IMG/VR virus record: IMGVR_UViG_3300028591_000080
Coordinates: 31,745 to 95,744 of that record
DNA length: 64,000 nucleotides
Direction: 5' to 3' (one strand)
Source: a virus
Taxonomy: Duplodnaviria; Heunggongvirae; Uroviricota; Caudoviricetes
Shown: piece by piece, positions 53,286 through 63,800 of the stretch
How the letters are laid out: each line of letters opens with the position of its first letter
Position numbering within the stretch: position 1 is the first letter of the stretch
Translations under genes and position numbers: made by a program
Notes under the pieces: model-generated
What the model was told of the DNA's origin: nothing
Seen by the model: the letters and a program-made list of their open reading frames with translations, nothing else
Databases searched by the model: none

Positions 53286-53642
53286 ATGCCATCAGACATA
53301 ATTAAAAAACAATTATTATCTCTAGAATTAGCTATTCCATCTTCTTATGATCCAGAAACAAATTCTTATTTTATTCCTAAATACTCTGGTGATATTTATT
53401 CAGTAGGTAAAAGCTATCTTATTGAATTAAATAGTGAATTATTATTAACAGATAAAATTTGTGAATGGAAAAATACTAGAAAACCTAGTTCAAAATATTT
53501 AAAAATAACTGTAAACCAATCTATTGCTAAAATGATTCAAGTTATGGGTGTTGAAGCTGACCTTGGAGATTCATTTACTCAAACAAAAATTTGAGAGGGT
53601 TGGTTAAATATAGATTATATAAAACAAATAAAACCACTTTAA
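53286..53642 (+). CDS. Hypothetical protein; 1 in-frame TGA at 53592
   Basis: TKI-TGA-EGWLNIDYIKQIKPL-TAA gives a WxGWL motif. Confidence 0.7.
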
Positions 53643-53674
53643 TTTGTTGTATTATATTATATCGAGGTGATAAT

Positions 53675-54703
53675 GTGGAACAATCTTTAGCCGTAAAATA
53701 TCGTCCAACTGAATTTGAACATGTTGTTGGACAATCAATTAATTGTGATATTCTACAAAGTCAATTAAAGAATAAAAAAATTAAACATGGCTATTTATTT
53801 AGTGGAGCATCTGGTTGTGGTAAGACAACATTAGCAAAGATTTTTGCAAATAAAGTTAATGACCAAGAAGCTCCAATTGAATTAGACTGTGCTTCACATA
53901 ACTCAGTAGAAGATGTAAAAGATATTTTAAAATTATCTAGAAAAAGAGTTTTGCATGGAGAATATAAGGTATTCATCTTAGATGAATGTCATATGTTCTC
54001 TTCAGCGGCTTGGAATGCATTTTTAAAGAGTATTGAAGAACCGTCTGAATTTACTATTTATATCTTCTGTACAACAGAACCAGAAAAGATACCTGAAACG
54101 ATCTTAAATAGATTACAAAGATATAATTTTGGTAAGATTTCTTTAGAAGATATTAAATCAAGATTACAAATTATTTGTAATAGTGAAAATATTAAAATCA
54201 CTGAAGACGCATTAGATTTAATTGCAAAGATTAGTAATGGTTCTCTTCGTGATGCTATTATGACATTAGAACAATGTTCAGATTATTCAGATAATTTAAC
54301 ATTAGATAGTGTTAAAACCGTTGTTGGTGATTTAACTTTATTAAATATGTTGAGATTAACTAAAGCTTTAATTGAAAAGGATCAAAAAACAATCATTGAG
54401 ATTATTACTACATTATTTAATAGTGGGCATGATTTAAAAGCGTTCTTAACTAATTATCTAAGCTTTAATTTAGATTTAACAAAATATGTTTTATTTAGAA
54501 ATATTGATGTTACTGCGATTCCAAAGTATCTAGAACAAAATGTTCAATCTGTTATATTTAATTGTGGAAGTAATCCAAATGAAGCTATAAATTATTTAAA
54601 TGATTTATCAGAAGTATTATTAAAATTAAAAACATTAGTTAGATTCGATTCATCTTATCAAAATACTATTATTATTTCTTTAATATCTTTTATTAGACGT
54701 TAG
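53675..54703 (+). CDS. dnaX: Clamp loader gamma/tau subunit
   Basis: 'LAVKYRP', 'GCGKTT', 'LDECHM', 'AFLKSIEEP' and 'GSLRDA'. GTG start after GAGGTG. Confidence 0.9.
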   Translation: MEQSLAVKYRPTEFEHVVGQSINCDILQSQLKNKKIKHGYLFSGASGCGKTTLAKIFANKVNDQEAPIELDCASHNSVEDVKDILKLSRKRVLHGEYKVFILDECHMFSSAAWNAFLKSIEEPSEFTIYIFCTTEPEKIPETILNRLQRYNFGKISLEDIKSRLQIICNSENIKITEDALDLIAKISNGSLRDAIMTLEQCSDYSDNLTLDSVKTVVGDLTLLNMLRLTKALIEKDQKTIIEIITTLFNSGHDLKAFLTNYLSFNLDLTKYVLFRNIDVTAIPKYLEQNVQSVIFNCGSNPNEAINYLNDLSEVLLKLKTLVRFDSSYQNTIIISLISFIRR

Positions 54704-54716
54704 GTGGTGATTAATT

Positions 54717-55535
54717 ATGAATATTATTGGACAAGAACCAATTATGAATTTAATTAATCAATATACTAGAGAATCACTTCCAAAATCAATATTATTTATT
54801 GGTGAAGATGGTTGTGGAAAGAAATTAATTAGTAATTATTTAGCAAAGAAAGTCGATTTAGAAATTGTAGATATAAGTGAAGAAGTTACTGATGAAGAGC
54901 TAGATTCATATTTATATGGAGTTCATCCAAAAATTTATAGGATTAATCTTGATTTATTTAAACAGAAAAATCAAAACCAGTTCTTAAAATTTATTGAAGA
55001 ACCTACTAAAAACGTTTTTGTAATTTTAACAAGCACTTCTGAATCATTTATACTTCCAACTATATTAAATAGATGTATTAAATTTAGATTTGCTCAATAT
55101 ACACCAAATCAATTAAAAGAAATTGCATCTTTAAGTAATATGCATTTCAGTGATTTAATGTATAAAGTTTGTAAAACTCCAGGTCAACTATTAGATAAAG
55201 ATGATGACCAATTAACTAAACTTTCTACTTTATGTTCTAAAATTGTTCGTTCAATACGTGCTTACACTAAAGAATCTTTTTTAGGAATTTTTACAAAAAT
55301 AAATTATAAAGAAGATTATGAATTGTTTGATTTTAATTTATTTTTAAATGTATTAGAATATGTAGCATTTGATGAGTATTTATTATCCAATAATTTAGAT
55401 TCATTAAAGATTTATGAAATTACTAATAATTATAAGTCTTTATATACTGAAGCAAATAAACCAGTTAAAGAACAATTTATGATAAATTTTCTAATGGTTT
55501 TATATGATAAAGTTGTATTAGGAAGTGATAATTAA
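54717..55535 (+). CDS. Clamp loader delta-prime-like subunit
   Basis: 'GEDGCGK', 'NQFLKFIEEP' and 'LPTILNRC'. Confidence 0.8.
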   Translation: MNIIGQEPIMNLINQYTRESLPKSILFIGEDGCGKKLISNYLAKKVDLEIVDISEEVTDEELDSYLYGVHPKIYRINLDLFKQKNQNQFLKFIEEPTKNVFVILTSTSESFILPTILNRCIKFRFAQYTPNQLKEIASLSNMHFSDLMYKVCKTPGQLLDKDDDQLTKLSTLCSKIVRSIRAYTKESFLGIFTKINYKEDYELFDFNLFLNVLEYVAFDEYLLSNNLDSLKIYEITNNYKSLYTEANKPVKEQFMINFLMVLYDKVVLGSDN

Positions 55536-56455
55536 TGATTAGCTTAGATGAATTAAAACATTCTATTGAAGATGATACTTTAACTATTGATTTATTAGTA
55601 TTTGTATGTAAAGATAAACAAACTTGGTTAGCTGATCAATATATTAATTGGATATGTGACCAAAATGGTTATAAGCATAATCTAATTGATAGTTTAGCCG
55701 AAGTAAATAAGAATTCAGCTATAGCATTAATTGGTGATTTTAAAAAAGATTTAAATATTATTAGAACAGATGTATTTAAAGAAAGTTATGATTTTGATTT
55801 AGTTGAAAATACTATAATTGTTTGTGAAAAAATAGATAAAAAGTTAACAACAAAATTAGAACAATATATTGTTGAAGTTCCAAAATTAACTGATTGGCAA
55901 ATAAAAGATTATATTAAACAAGTTCAATGTCCAACATTAAGTCCAGAAGCAACTGATTGGTTATATACAGTTACAAATGGAAATGTTTATGCAATCGATA
56001 ATGAACTAGATAAAGTTAATCTATTTGATCAAAAACTTGCTAATGAAGTTTTATTAAAACTAAAAAACGACAAGAATTCTCATTTATATGGATTAAATAC
56101 TTTTAAATTCGTTGATGCATTAATAAATAATGATAGATTAATTTTAACTGATATGATAGCTCATAGGACACTATGGGATAGTGATCCAATATTTATTTTA
56201 ACTTTAATGATTAATAAATTAAAACAACTAATTTTAATTAAAGGAAATAGTGGAGTATTACCAACAGATTTAAAATTAACTTCAAAACAAGTTTGGGCAT
56301 TAAAGAATTTTTATAGAAATGTAGATTTAGAGAGAATGGAAAAACAATTAAAATTTCTTTCTAGTATTAATTTAAGATTAAATCTAGGACAATTGGATTA
56401 TGGAAATTCTAAAATATTATTAGATTATATTGTATGTAATTTGATTTCTAATTAA
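55535..56455 (+). CDS. Clamp loader delta-like subunit
   Basis: 'NELDK' and 'FKFVDAL' HolA-type pattern; third gene of the loader operon. Confidence 0.7.
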   Translation: MISLDELKHSIEDDTLTIDLLVFVCKDKQTWLADQYINWICDQNGYKHNLIDSLAEVNKNSAIALIGDFKKDLNIIRTDVFKESYDFDLVENTIIVCEKIDKKLTTKLEQYIVEVPKLTDWQIKDYIKQVQCPTLSPEATDWLYTVTNGNVYAIDNELDKVNLFDQKLANEVLLKLKNDKNSHLYGLNTFKFVDALINNDRLILTDMIAHRTLWDSDPIFILTLMINKLKQLILIKGNSGVLPTDLKLTSKQVWALKNFYRNVDLERMEKQLKFLSSINLRLNLGQLDYGNSKILLDYIVCNLISN

Positions 56456-56546
56456 GTTTTATTTTAGACCTGATAGAAAACCAATCAAATCTAAAAAACG
56501 TTCCTAGAAACGTTATTTTATATTAAATTTTATATGAGGTGATTCA

Positions 56547-57578
56547 GTGGAAACACAAAATAATAGTCCGAATGAAGAAAAAGTTGGAGAAGTAGTCGAA
56601 AAAACTGAATATGAAAAATTTATCGATAAATTACTTGAGTCTAAATGGTCTTATTCAAAAATAGATTGTTTTAAAAGCTGTGGATTTAAATTTAAATTAA
56701 AGTATTTAGATAAGAACTTTGTATACAGTGGAAGTATTGCAACAGAGTTTGGTACAGCAATTCATAAAGCAGAAGAATCAATTGGAAATTATATAATAAA
56801 AAATGAACCTATTAATTATATAAAAATAAAAAATAAGTTCATGATTGATTGTATAAAAGTAAAAAAGAGATATCCAAATGATTGGATAACTAAAGATGAG
56901 TATTCAGGTAAAGACTATGAAACAAAATATCAAGATTATATTCATAAAAATATGTTTTATTTAGAAAAATATCTAAAAGATAATCCAAATTTAGAAATAG
57001 TTGGATCAGAAGTTCCGATTAATTTTAAATTTGATGATACTTGGACATTTACAGGATCAATCGACAGACTATATCGAGATAAAACTACAGATAAGTATAT
57101 AATTGAAGATATAAAATCTTGGCCTAATATTGAGAAGCATAAAGATGAATTAGCAACTCCACTTCAATTTGTAGTTTATTCATTAGCATTAGCAAAAATG
57201 AAGGAAAAAAGCACTGATGATATTTCTTGTCAATATTACCTTCCGATCTCAAATGAGTTAGCTAGTGCTGGACATGGTAAATATATTGAAAAAGGAACAG
57301 CTAAATTAAAATCATTATTTGAAAAAATATTAGCTCGAGAATTTAAACCAGCTCCAAAACCATTATGTCATTGGTGTGAATTCTGTAGAACAAATGAAAG
57401 TGCACCAAATAAATCAAAATGGTTATGTCCTTATGCAAGTGTTTGGACAAGAGAAAGACCAGCCAATTGGTCAGAATTTAATTTTACAACTTTGGAAGAA
57501 TATCCAAAAATCTTAAATCAATATAGGTTGCAACATGACTTACCGGTTTTGCCTAGTGAGTCAGAAAATAAAAAATAG
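56547..57578 (+). CDS. PD-(D/E)xK RecB/Cas4-like exonuclease
   Basis: 'SYSKI...C', 'GTAIH', 'GSIDR', 'EDIKS', 'QFVVY' and 'CHWCEFC...C'. Confidence 0.85.
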   Translation: METQNNSPNEEKVGEVVEKTEYEKFIDKLLESKWSYSKIDCFKSCGFKFKLKYLDKNFVYSGSIATEFGTAIHKAEESIGNYIIKNEPINYIKIKNKFMIDCIKVKKRYPNDWITKDEYSGKDYETKYQDYIHKNMFYLEKYLKDNPNLEIVGSEVPINFKFDDTWTFTGSIDRLYRDKTTDKYIIEDIKSWPNIEKHKDELATPLQFVVYSLALAKMKEKSTDDISCQYYLPISNELASAGHGKYIEKGTAKLKSLFEKILAREFKPAPKPLCHWCEFCRTNESAPNKSKWLCPYASVWTRERPANWSEFNFTTLEEYPKILNQYRLQHDLPVLPSESENKK

Positions 57579-57597
57579 GAATGTAGGTGATTAATTA

Positions 57598-57795
57598 ATG
57601 GCAACAAATGTTAAGGTAATTAAGCGTGATGGTGAATCTGATGAAATGTTATTAAGACGTTTTAAGAGAGAAGTACTTAGAAGTTATGTTCTAGATGAAG
57701 TTAAAAAACATGAATTTTTTAGATCATCAAAAGAGATGGCTCAGTTCAAGCATGATATGCTAATGCGTCATACAAAAAATAAGAAATATAGATAA
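57598..57795 (+). CDS. rpsU: Ribosomal protein bS21
   Basis: 65 aa, 'VIKRDGESDEMLLRRFKREV...LDEVKKHEFF'. Confidence 0.85.
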   Translation: MATNVKVIKRDGESDEMLLRRFKREVLRSYVLDEVKKHEFFRSSKEMAQFKHDMLMRHTKNKKYR

Positions 57796-57797
57796 TA

Positions 57798-57832
57798 AAA
57801 AAAAGAGGTCAAATGACCTCTTTTATTTTTTT
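57798..57832. terminator. Bidirectional intrinsic terminator between convergent operons
   Basis: AAAAGAGGTC-aaat-GACCTCTTTT flanked by A and T tracts. Confidence 0.85.
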
Positions 57833-58579
57833 TTATTCTTGTTCTGCTTGTACCTTAACAAAGTATGGAACGAATACTCCATCAGCAGCTAAAGCATCAC
57901 CAGCATGATAGATTGTTGGAGTTTCACTTGAATCTCCACTCTTAATCCAAGTTCCATCCCAAGCTTCATATTGACCTTCAGGTAAAGCTTCCTCTAGTTC
58001 AGCAATCTTAGCACGCATAGATGCTTGACCAGGATCTGCAAATGTTGATAAAGATGGGAATGCATATAATCCAATTCTTGAAATTTCTACAGCTCCTTCA
58101 TTTTCACCAGCTCTTAATGTAACTGAATATTTTGGAGCTACATTTTCACTGAATTGGATTTTTAACATATTCTTACGAATAATAGGTAATTGTCCTTTGT
58201 TAACTAAAATAGTTGTTGGATTACCATCACCATCTAATAATTCACCATAAGCAAAGCAATTAGATGCTGTGCTGCTTTCACATAAACCGAAATATTTTAA
58301 AGCTGCATCGCTTGTCCAATCTGCAGTTGCTTCATCAAAATAAATAGTATTAGTATTGTAAGCAACGATAGTATCTTGTACAGTAGTATCAAATGTATAA
58401 GAATAAACGTATCTTTGATATCCTTTACTAGTTTCAGGCTCACCACTCATTACATAATATCCACTTGAATTAAGTGTTGGATCAAGTTTAAATAATGCGA
58501 TATAAGGTGTAAAACTGTTGCTACCACCATTTCCTAATAATGTTCTCATTAGTTTTTGTAAATATGCACGACAAATCAT
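57833..58579 (-). CDS. Putative tail/baseplate-associated protein
   Basis: 'YIALF...GYQR...NTNTIYFDEATADW...YFGL' is a common phage tail-associated pattern. Confidence 0.65.
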   Translation of the reverse strand: MICRAYLQKLMRTLLGNGGSNSFTPYIALFKLDPTLNSSGYYVMSGEPETSKGYQRYVYSYTFDTTVQDTIVAYNTNTIYFDEATADWTSDAALKYFGLCESSTASNCFAYGELLDGDGNPTTILVNKGQLPIIRKNMLKIQFSENVAPKYSVTLRAGENEGAVEISRIGLYAFPSLSTFADPGQASMRAKIAELEEALPEGQYEAWDGTWIKSGDSSETPTIYHAGDALAADGVFVPYFVKVQAEQE

Positions 58580-58612
58580 TTTATTTTTTCTCCTAAATTT
58601 TTATAATATTTA

Positions 58613-60085
58613 TTATAATATATAGTATGATAAATTTTCAAGAGATGTTCAATCTGTCTCATAGATTTCATCATACATATTATCTATATAATTTAGCTTA
58701 TAATTTTCTAAATCTTTTAAAAACATTGGTCTAGCTCTTAAAATCTCAGTTTTAACCTTTGTTTTCATTAATATTGTTTTAGTGTTATATATTTCATCTG
58801 ATATAAATATTTTAGCTGATATTCCTAAATCATTATTGATATTTCCTCGAATTGAATCTCGTTTGTCATGAATGAATAGAGACATGGATAAATAATCTCC
58901 ATTCATAGTTTTACCTGAAAATACATTTAATGTTGGAATAATTAATTCAGATTGTAAATCTTCTTGTGTTTTATCTTTTACTGTTAATTTAATTGGATCT
59001 TTAATTGAAACATTTGAACTCAATTTAAAACTTAATAATTTTTGATTAATATTTATTATTAATTGTCCAATAACAGCTAAAGAACATGTTGCTTGAACTA
59101 CAGTATTATTAATAAGACTCTTAAATAATTTTATTAAATTAGTACCATCTTCAATAACACTTCTAACATAAGTCGTATATCTTACAGGTTGCATTCCAAT
59201 AAATGTACCAATTTTTTGTAAATCTTCTAAACAAAGAGTAGTTTTTGTTTGTGGTTTAAAATCAGTTTTTCCACCGTCTGTAACTAAAATTGGTTCTAAG
59301 TTTATTAATTTTGCTGAAAGTGTGTCTATTGGATTGTTAATTTTTTCAGGATTTACGGCACTTGCCCAAGAAATTATTGCTGATAATTTTTCATCAACTT
59401 TAAGATAACAAGCATCAATCGTACGTGGTGTAACAATACTCACTGTAGATACTACTGAAGTTATATCCATTTGTAAGTTTCCGTTTAATGTTGTAACACC
59501 AGTTATATGAATACTACAATTAGAACTTTGAATATCACTAATTAAATTTCCAACTAAAAACATTGCAATATTACCAACATCATCTAAAGTCATAGTAAAT
59601 TTATCTTTGGCTCCAAGAACAAGTCCAGGAGTTAGACTTTGACAATCTTCTGGAAAAATAACACCACCAGCACTTAATCCTGAATTAAAATTAAATTTTA
59701 AAGTTTGAGCTGTTAATGGATTTATTAATGATTTTTCTAAAGTATATATCTGAACAAAATCTGCAGTTTTTATATCACAATTACTTGTACCATCGATATA
59801 AGATGGATATGGTGTTGCAAGTTCAGCAGTATTTTTTGAAACTAATTTTATATTAGTTTTATCAATAATAATTGGTTGATAAGAAACTACACTAATTGCA
59901 GCTTGATAACAAGTATCTAAAGTGTTTTGATCAGCACAATAAACTTTTACAATTTTATCTTCATCGTAAACATCAACTCTAAGTTTTTCGACAAAAGATA
60001 AAATCTCAGACATTCCTAATTTAAAGAATGTATAACTATAATTTTGCTTTTTATATAATAGTAATCGAAATTCAAGAGCATTCAT
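58613..60085 (-). CDS. Putative structural protein; 1 in-frame TGA at 58649
   Basis: ETD-TGA-TSLENLSYYIL-TAA. Beta-rich, within the tail operon. Confidence 0.65.
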
Positions 60086-60094
60086 AGATGTCTC

Positions 60095-60874
60095 CTAGAA
60101 GTCTTTATTATATTGAGTAATATAACAACAATAATTTATTCCATCATATCCAAAAATTAAATCAATAGTATTATTACTATTAACATCAAAATCTAAAGAA
60201 TTCTCAATGCGTCCATAATTATAATAAATTAAATTTTTAAATTCTTCAACTCCAGATGAATCATCTTTAACAATATTTATTTTTACATTATTTGGATTAA
60301 TAATACCTTTAAAAATGACTTCAGTTAAAAATCCTATTTTAGTTTTCATTTCTTTTGGAAGAATAATATTAAAACTAGTCATAGCATTCTTACAAGTATA
60401 TACATGATTATAATCCATATTTAATGTATAAGTTTCAGTATTTTCTAATAATTCATACTTAGTTATACCTGATTCAATTTTATCATCTAAAGTTTGAACA
60501 TTAGTTTTTACTGTTTCCATTTCAGAAATTAAGTTTAAAACTTCACTTAATTCTACAGGTTCTTCATTTTCGTCTTGAATATAAACTTTATTGGTTGTTT
60601 TATCAAAATAAAGATATTTATTACTTCCACCGCCACCAAGATCTAATTCTTCATATGCTGATCCATTATAAATATATAAAATTTCTTCACTTATAACATA
60701 AACTAATGAACCTTTAAGAATTACACCATCGTTATCTACTGTGGCTACTGGAAGAGCATTACGCTCTTCCAATGAATTAACCACTGTGTATGTACCTTTA
60801 ATATACTGAGCATCAAGTAAGTGTTTTGATGCTAAGCTTGAGCCAAGTTGAAATCCTATTTTAACTTCTGCCAT
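60095..60874 (-). CDS. Putative tail fibre-associated protein
   Basis: N-terminal 'LDAQY...ERNAL...GSLVYV' motif typical of fibre proteins. Confidence 0.65.
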   Translation of the reverse strand: MAEVKIGFQLGSSLASKHLLDAQYIKGTYTVVNSLEERNALPVATVDNDGVILKGSLVYVISEEILYIYNGSAYEELDLGGGGSNKYLYFDKTTNKVYIQDENEEPVELSEVLNLISEMETVKTNVQTLDDKIESGITKYELLENTETYTLNMDYNHVYTCKNAMTSFNIILPKEMKTKIGFLTEVIFKGIINPNNVKINIVKDDSSGVEEFKNLIYYNYGRIENSLDFDVNSNNTIDLIFGYDGINYCCYITQYNKDF

Positions 60875-60889
60875 ATTTATTCTCCTTTA

Positions 60890-63800
60890 CTATACTATCT
60901 TATAAGTTCCAGTATTAGCGGTCATCTTTGGACCTTTGTATACTTTATAAGTAGAAACATATCCAGCTTTATTTTCAAGTGAAATACTTCCAAGAGAAGT
61001 TGTATCAAGTGAAGCCCAACCACTAGCATCTAATTGAGTTTTCTCTTTAATTGTTGAATAATTAAATGAGCTTGGAACAAAGTAAACAATGTAAGTATTA
61101 TTTTGAGTTGTAATTGATGTTCCATTACCAATACTTAAGTTTGTAGCTTTATCTGGAAGATCACTTGGATCGCTCATAACTGTATAATATACATTATACA
61201 TAACAGTATAAGTTTTAGTATTAGTAATAGTTGTTTCACCATCGCTTAACGTAATTGTAAATGAATAAGAAGTATTTGGTAATGTGATTGCTTCATCAAA
61301 ATTGATTGTAATACTTTGATTACTTAAATCACCATCATAAGTAATCTCATTTCCATTTCCTATTTTATATTTTAAAGTTGTTACAGCTTTTGAACCATTT
61401 GTCCAAGTTATTTTTAATTTACTTGCAATTCGTTCAGTACCAATCTCTACGCTAGTATTTATATTAGCATTAGAAGATGTTTGTAAATCGTAAGAACTAA
61501 TAGTAAATGGTTTATATGGATGGAACATATCAAATAAAATATCTGAAACTGGTGTTTTATTAAATGTTGTGTTTGCTTTAATACCACCAACTTTTTCTGT
61601 TGTAGGTATTGCACAAGTATATAAAATCTTATCTGTATTGAAATTATAATCTAAATCAGACCAAGTATCATCCGAAGTAGTTTTCCATTGTAACTTTTCG
61701 TTATCAACTCTTAATTCAATGTTATCTCCAGTATCACCTTTATCACCTTTATCTCCTGGATCACCTTTAGGACCTTGAGCACCAGTGTCACCAGTATCAC
61801 CTTTGTCACCTTTTTCAGCTTTAACTGTGAATGTTGAATTAGTACCATCGCTATAATCTATTCTATACTTATTTTCAGTATAAACTCGATTACCTTCAGT
61901 AATAGTATTAGTTTCAGTCGGAGTAATATTTGTAATACCACGACCTTTTAAATCTTCTAATTTACAAATTGTTTTATAATTAGTTTCACCTGTATAATTA
62001 TAAGCTAAAACTTTTTCTGAATTAATAGTTCTTACTGCTACCTCAATTGATTTACCATTATAAACTGTAAATTCACCGGCTTTAATATAATTTCCTTGAA
62101 AATCTTGGTAGAATGCTTCATAAGTAGATTCTAAAGTAGTTTGAGAATTTTCTTTTAATGAAACTTTACTAATTGGACTACCATTCTTAGCAGTTATAAT
62201 GAATGTATCTGAGCTTTGATTATCAGAATAATCTACTTTAATAGTTGTTTGGCTTTCAGAAGTAGTAAATGCTGTTCCAATAGAGCTAACTTTAGTAATT
62301 GAAGTACCTTTATCACCTTTAGCACCTTGAGCACCATTAAATATTGAGAACTCGTATGGTGTTTTATTTGGATCATCATAAGTAATTCTATATTTATTTT
62401 CAGCACTAGAACTTGGATCAAATGTACCTACAAGTTTAACTTCTTTAATACCGAATCCATTATTAATACTAAATGCATTAATTTGAGATTCACCATTATC
62501 GAAATTAATATCATAAACATTTACAAAATCATGAGATAATGTATTATTTTTAGTAATTGATACAATTCCACGACCATCAATACCTTGTTTTGCAAATACA
62601 TCGAAAGGTAGTTTTATTTCTGAATCATTAACAGTAACGTTAATTGGAGTTTTTGTATAAGTAACACCAGAAATACTTTCTTCGCTTGGAGTACCAGATT
62701 CAAATCTGATAATACTTGTACCTTTTTCACCTTTTTCACCATTATAAACGTTAAATGTTATTGGGTTACCACTATTAAAATTAATAGTATAAGTATTGAA
62801 CTCACTAGAACCAGTTTTTATTTCTGCTGGAGCATCAATGCTTGTTATACTCTTAGCATTAGTAACAGTGAAGTGTGTTGGATCCATAGTTGGGTCAGTA
62901 TAATTAATAGTATATGTATCAATTAATCCATCTGTTGTAGGACCAGTAATAGATGCAATACCATTACCTGTTTCGCCTTTTTTACCTTCTTTTGTGAAAA
63001 TCTTAAATGTACCATCTGCTTCTCTAGTATATTTAACAGTAACAGTTTGTTCATACCATCCTAAATGATTAGGGTCAGCACTTTCAACTGGATCGCTAGT
63101 TAAGATATTACTTATACCATTTCCTCTTAAATTTTCTAGAGATACTAATGATTGATTAGATCCACCAACATATCTCCAAACAATTTCATTATTAACGACT
63201 TCAAGTTCAATTTCACGTCCATCTTTACCGTCTTCACCATCAGTTACAATAATACGCTTTTGTAATTCAGTATGCTCATCATTATCTAAAAGGATTTTGT
63301 AAGCATGTTGGCGTTCACTAACTGGATATTCTGGATCTTCTTCAATAGCACCAATACCAGTACCATCTTTACCTTTATATGCATAAACTTTTAATGAAGA
63401 TTTACTATTATCTGAATATAATACTTCAAGATTAGAAATTGTATAATTTTCATCTGAATCATCTTTTGATTTAAGAGAAATAGATGTTATTCCACGACCA
63501 TATAAATCGATTTTCCAACATAAGAAATGCCAATTTTCATCTGAGCTAGCAGCTAAAGTATACTTCCAACATAATGCTGGTTGTTTTTCAGTAGTTCCAT
63601 TACTTAATTGTTTATCTTTATTAATAAATGCTAATTCAATCTGATCTGGACTTTCAATATAGAAAGCTTTTTCTTTTCTTGATTTACCAGCATCGTCTGG
63701 TCTATCATAAACAATATCAAAATATTGTTTTGTTCCTTCATATACAGGATTCTTTTCTACAGTACTAATTCCACGACCATCTCTAGCAGTAATATCTAAA

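Noticed and set aside
56547-57578. CRISPR-Cas locus around the Cas4-like gene
   Set aside because: No repeat-spacer array or other cas genes were seen; solo RecB/Cas4-like nucleases are common in phages.
5673-58651. TGA as selenocysteine or glycine
   Set aside because: The sites are not redox Cys positions and are spread over unrelated proteins. Contexts look aromatic/hydrophobic, favouring Trp, though Gly is not formally excluded without alignments.
321-62421. Short antisense or alternate-frame ORFs in the track (e.g. 321..569, 4648..4959, 5032..5217, 7400..7663, 9499..9717, 11525..11806, 17536..17736, 18445..18654, 18904..19101, 20699..20914, 23074..23349, 31839..32087, 37325..37525, 40358..40546, 45923..46231, 49205..49411, 53791..53976, 62233..62421)
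   Set aside because: They lie within longer, well-supported genes, mirror low-complexity codons and have no convincing RBS.
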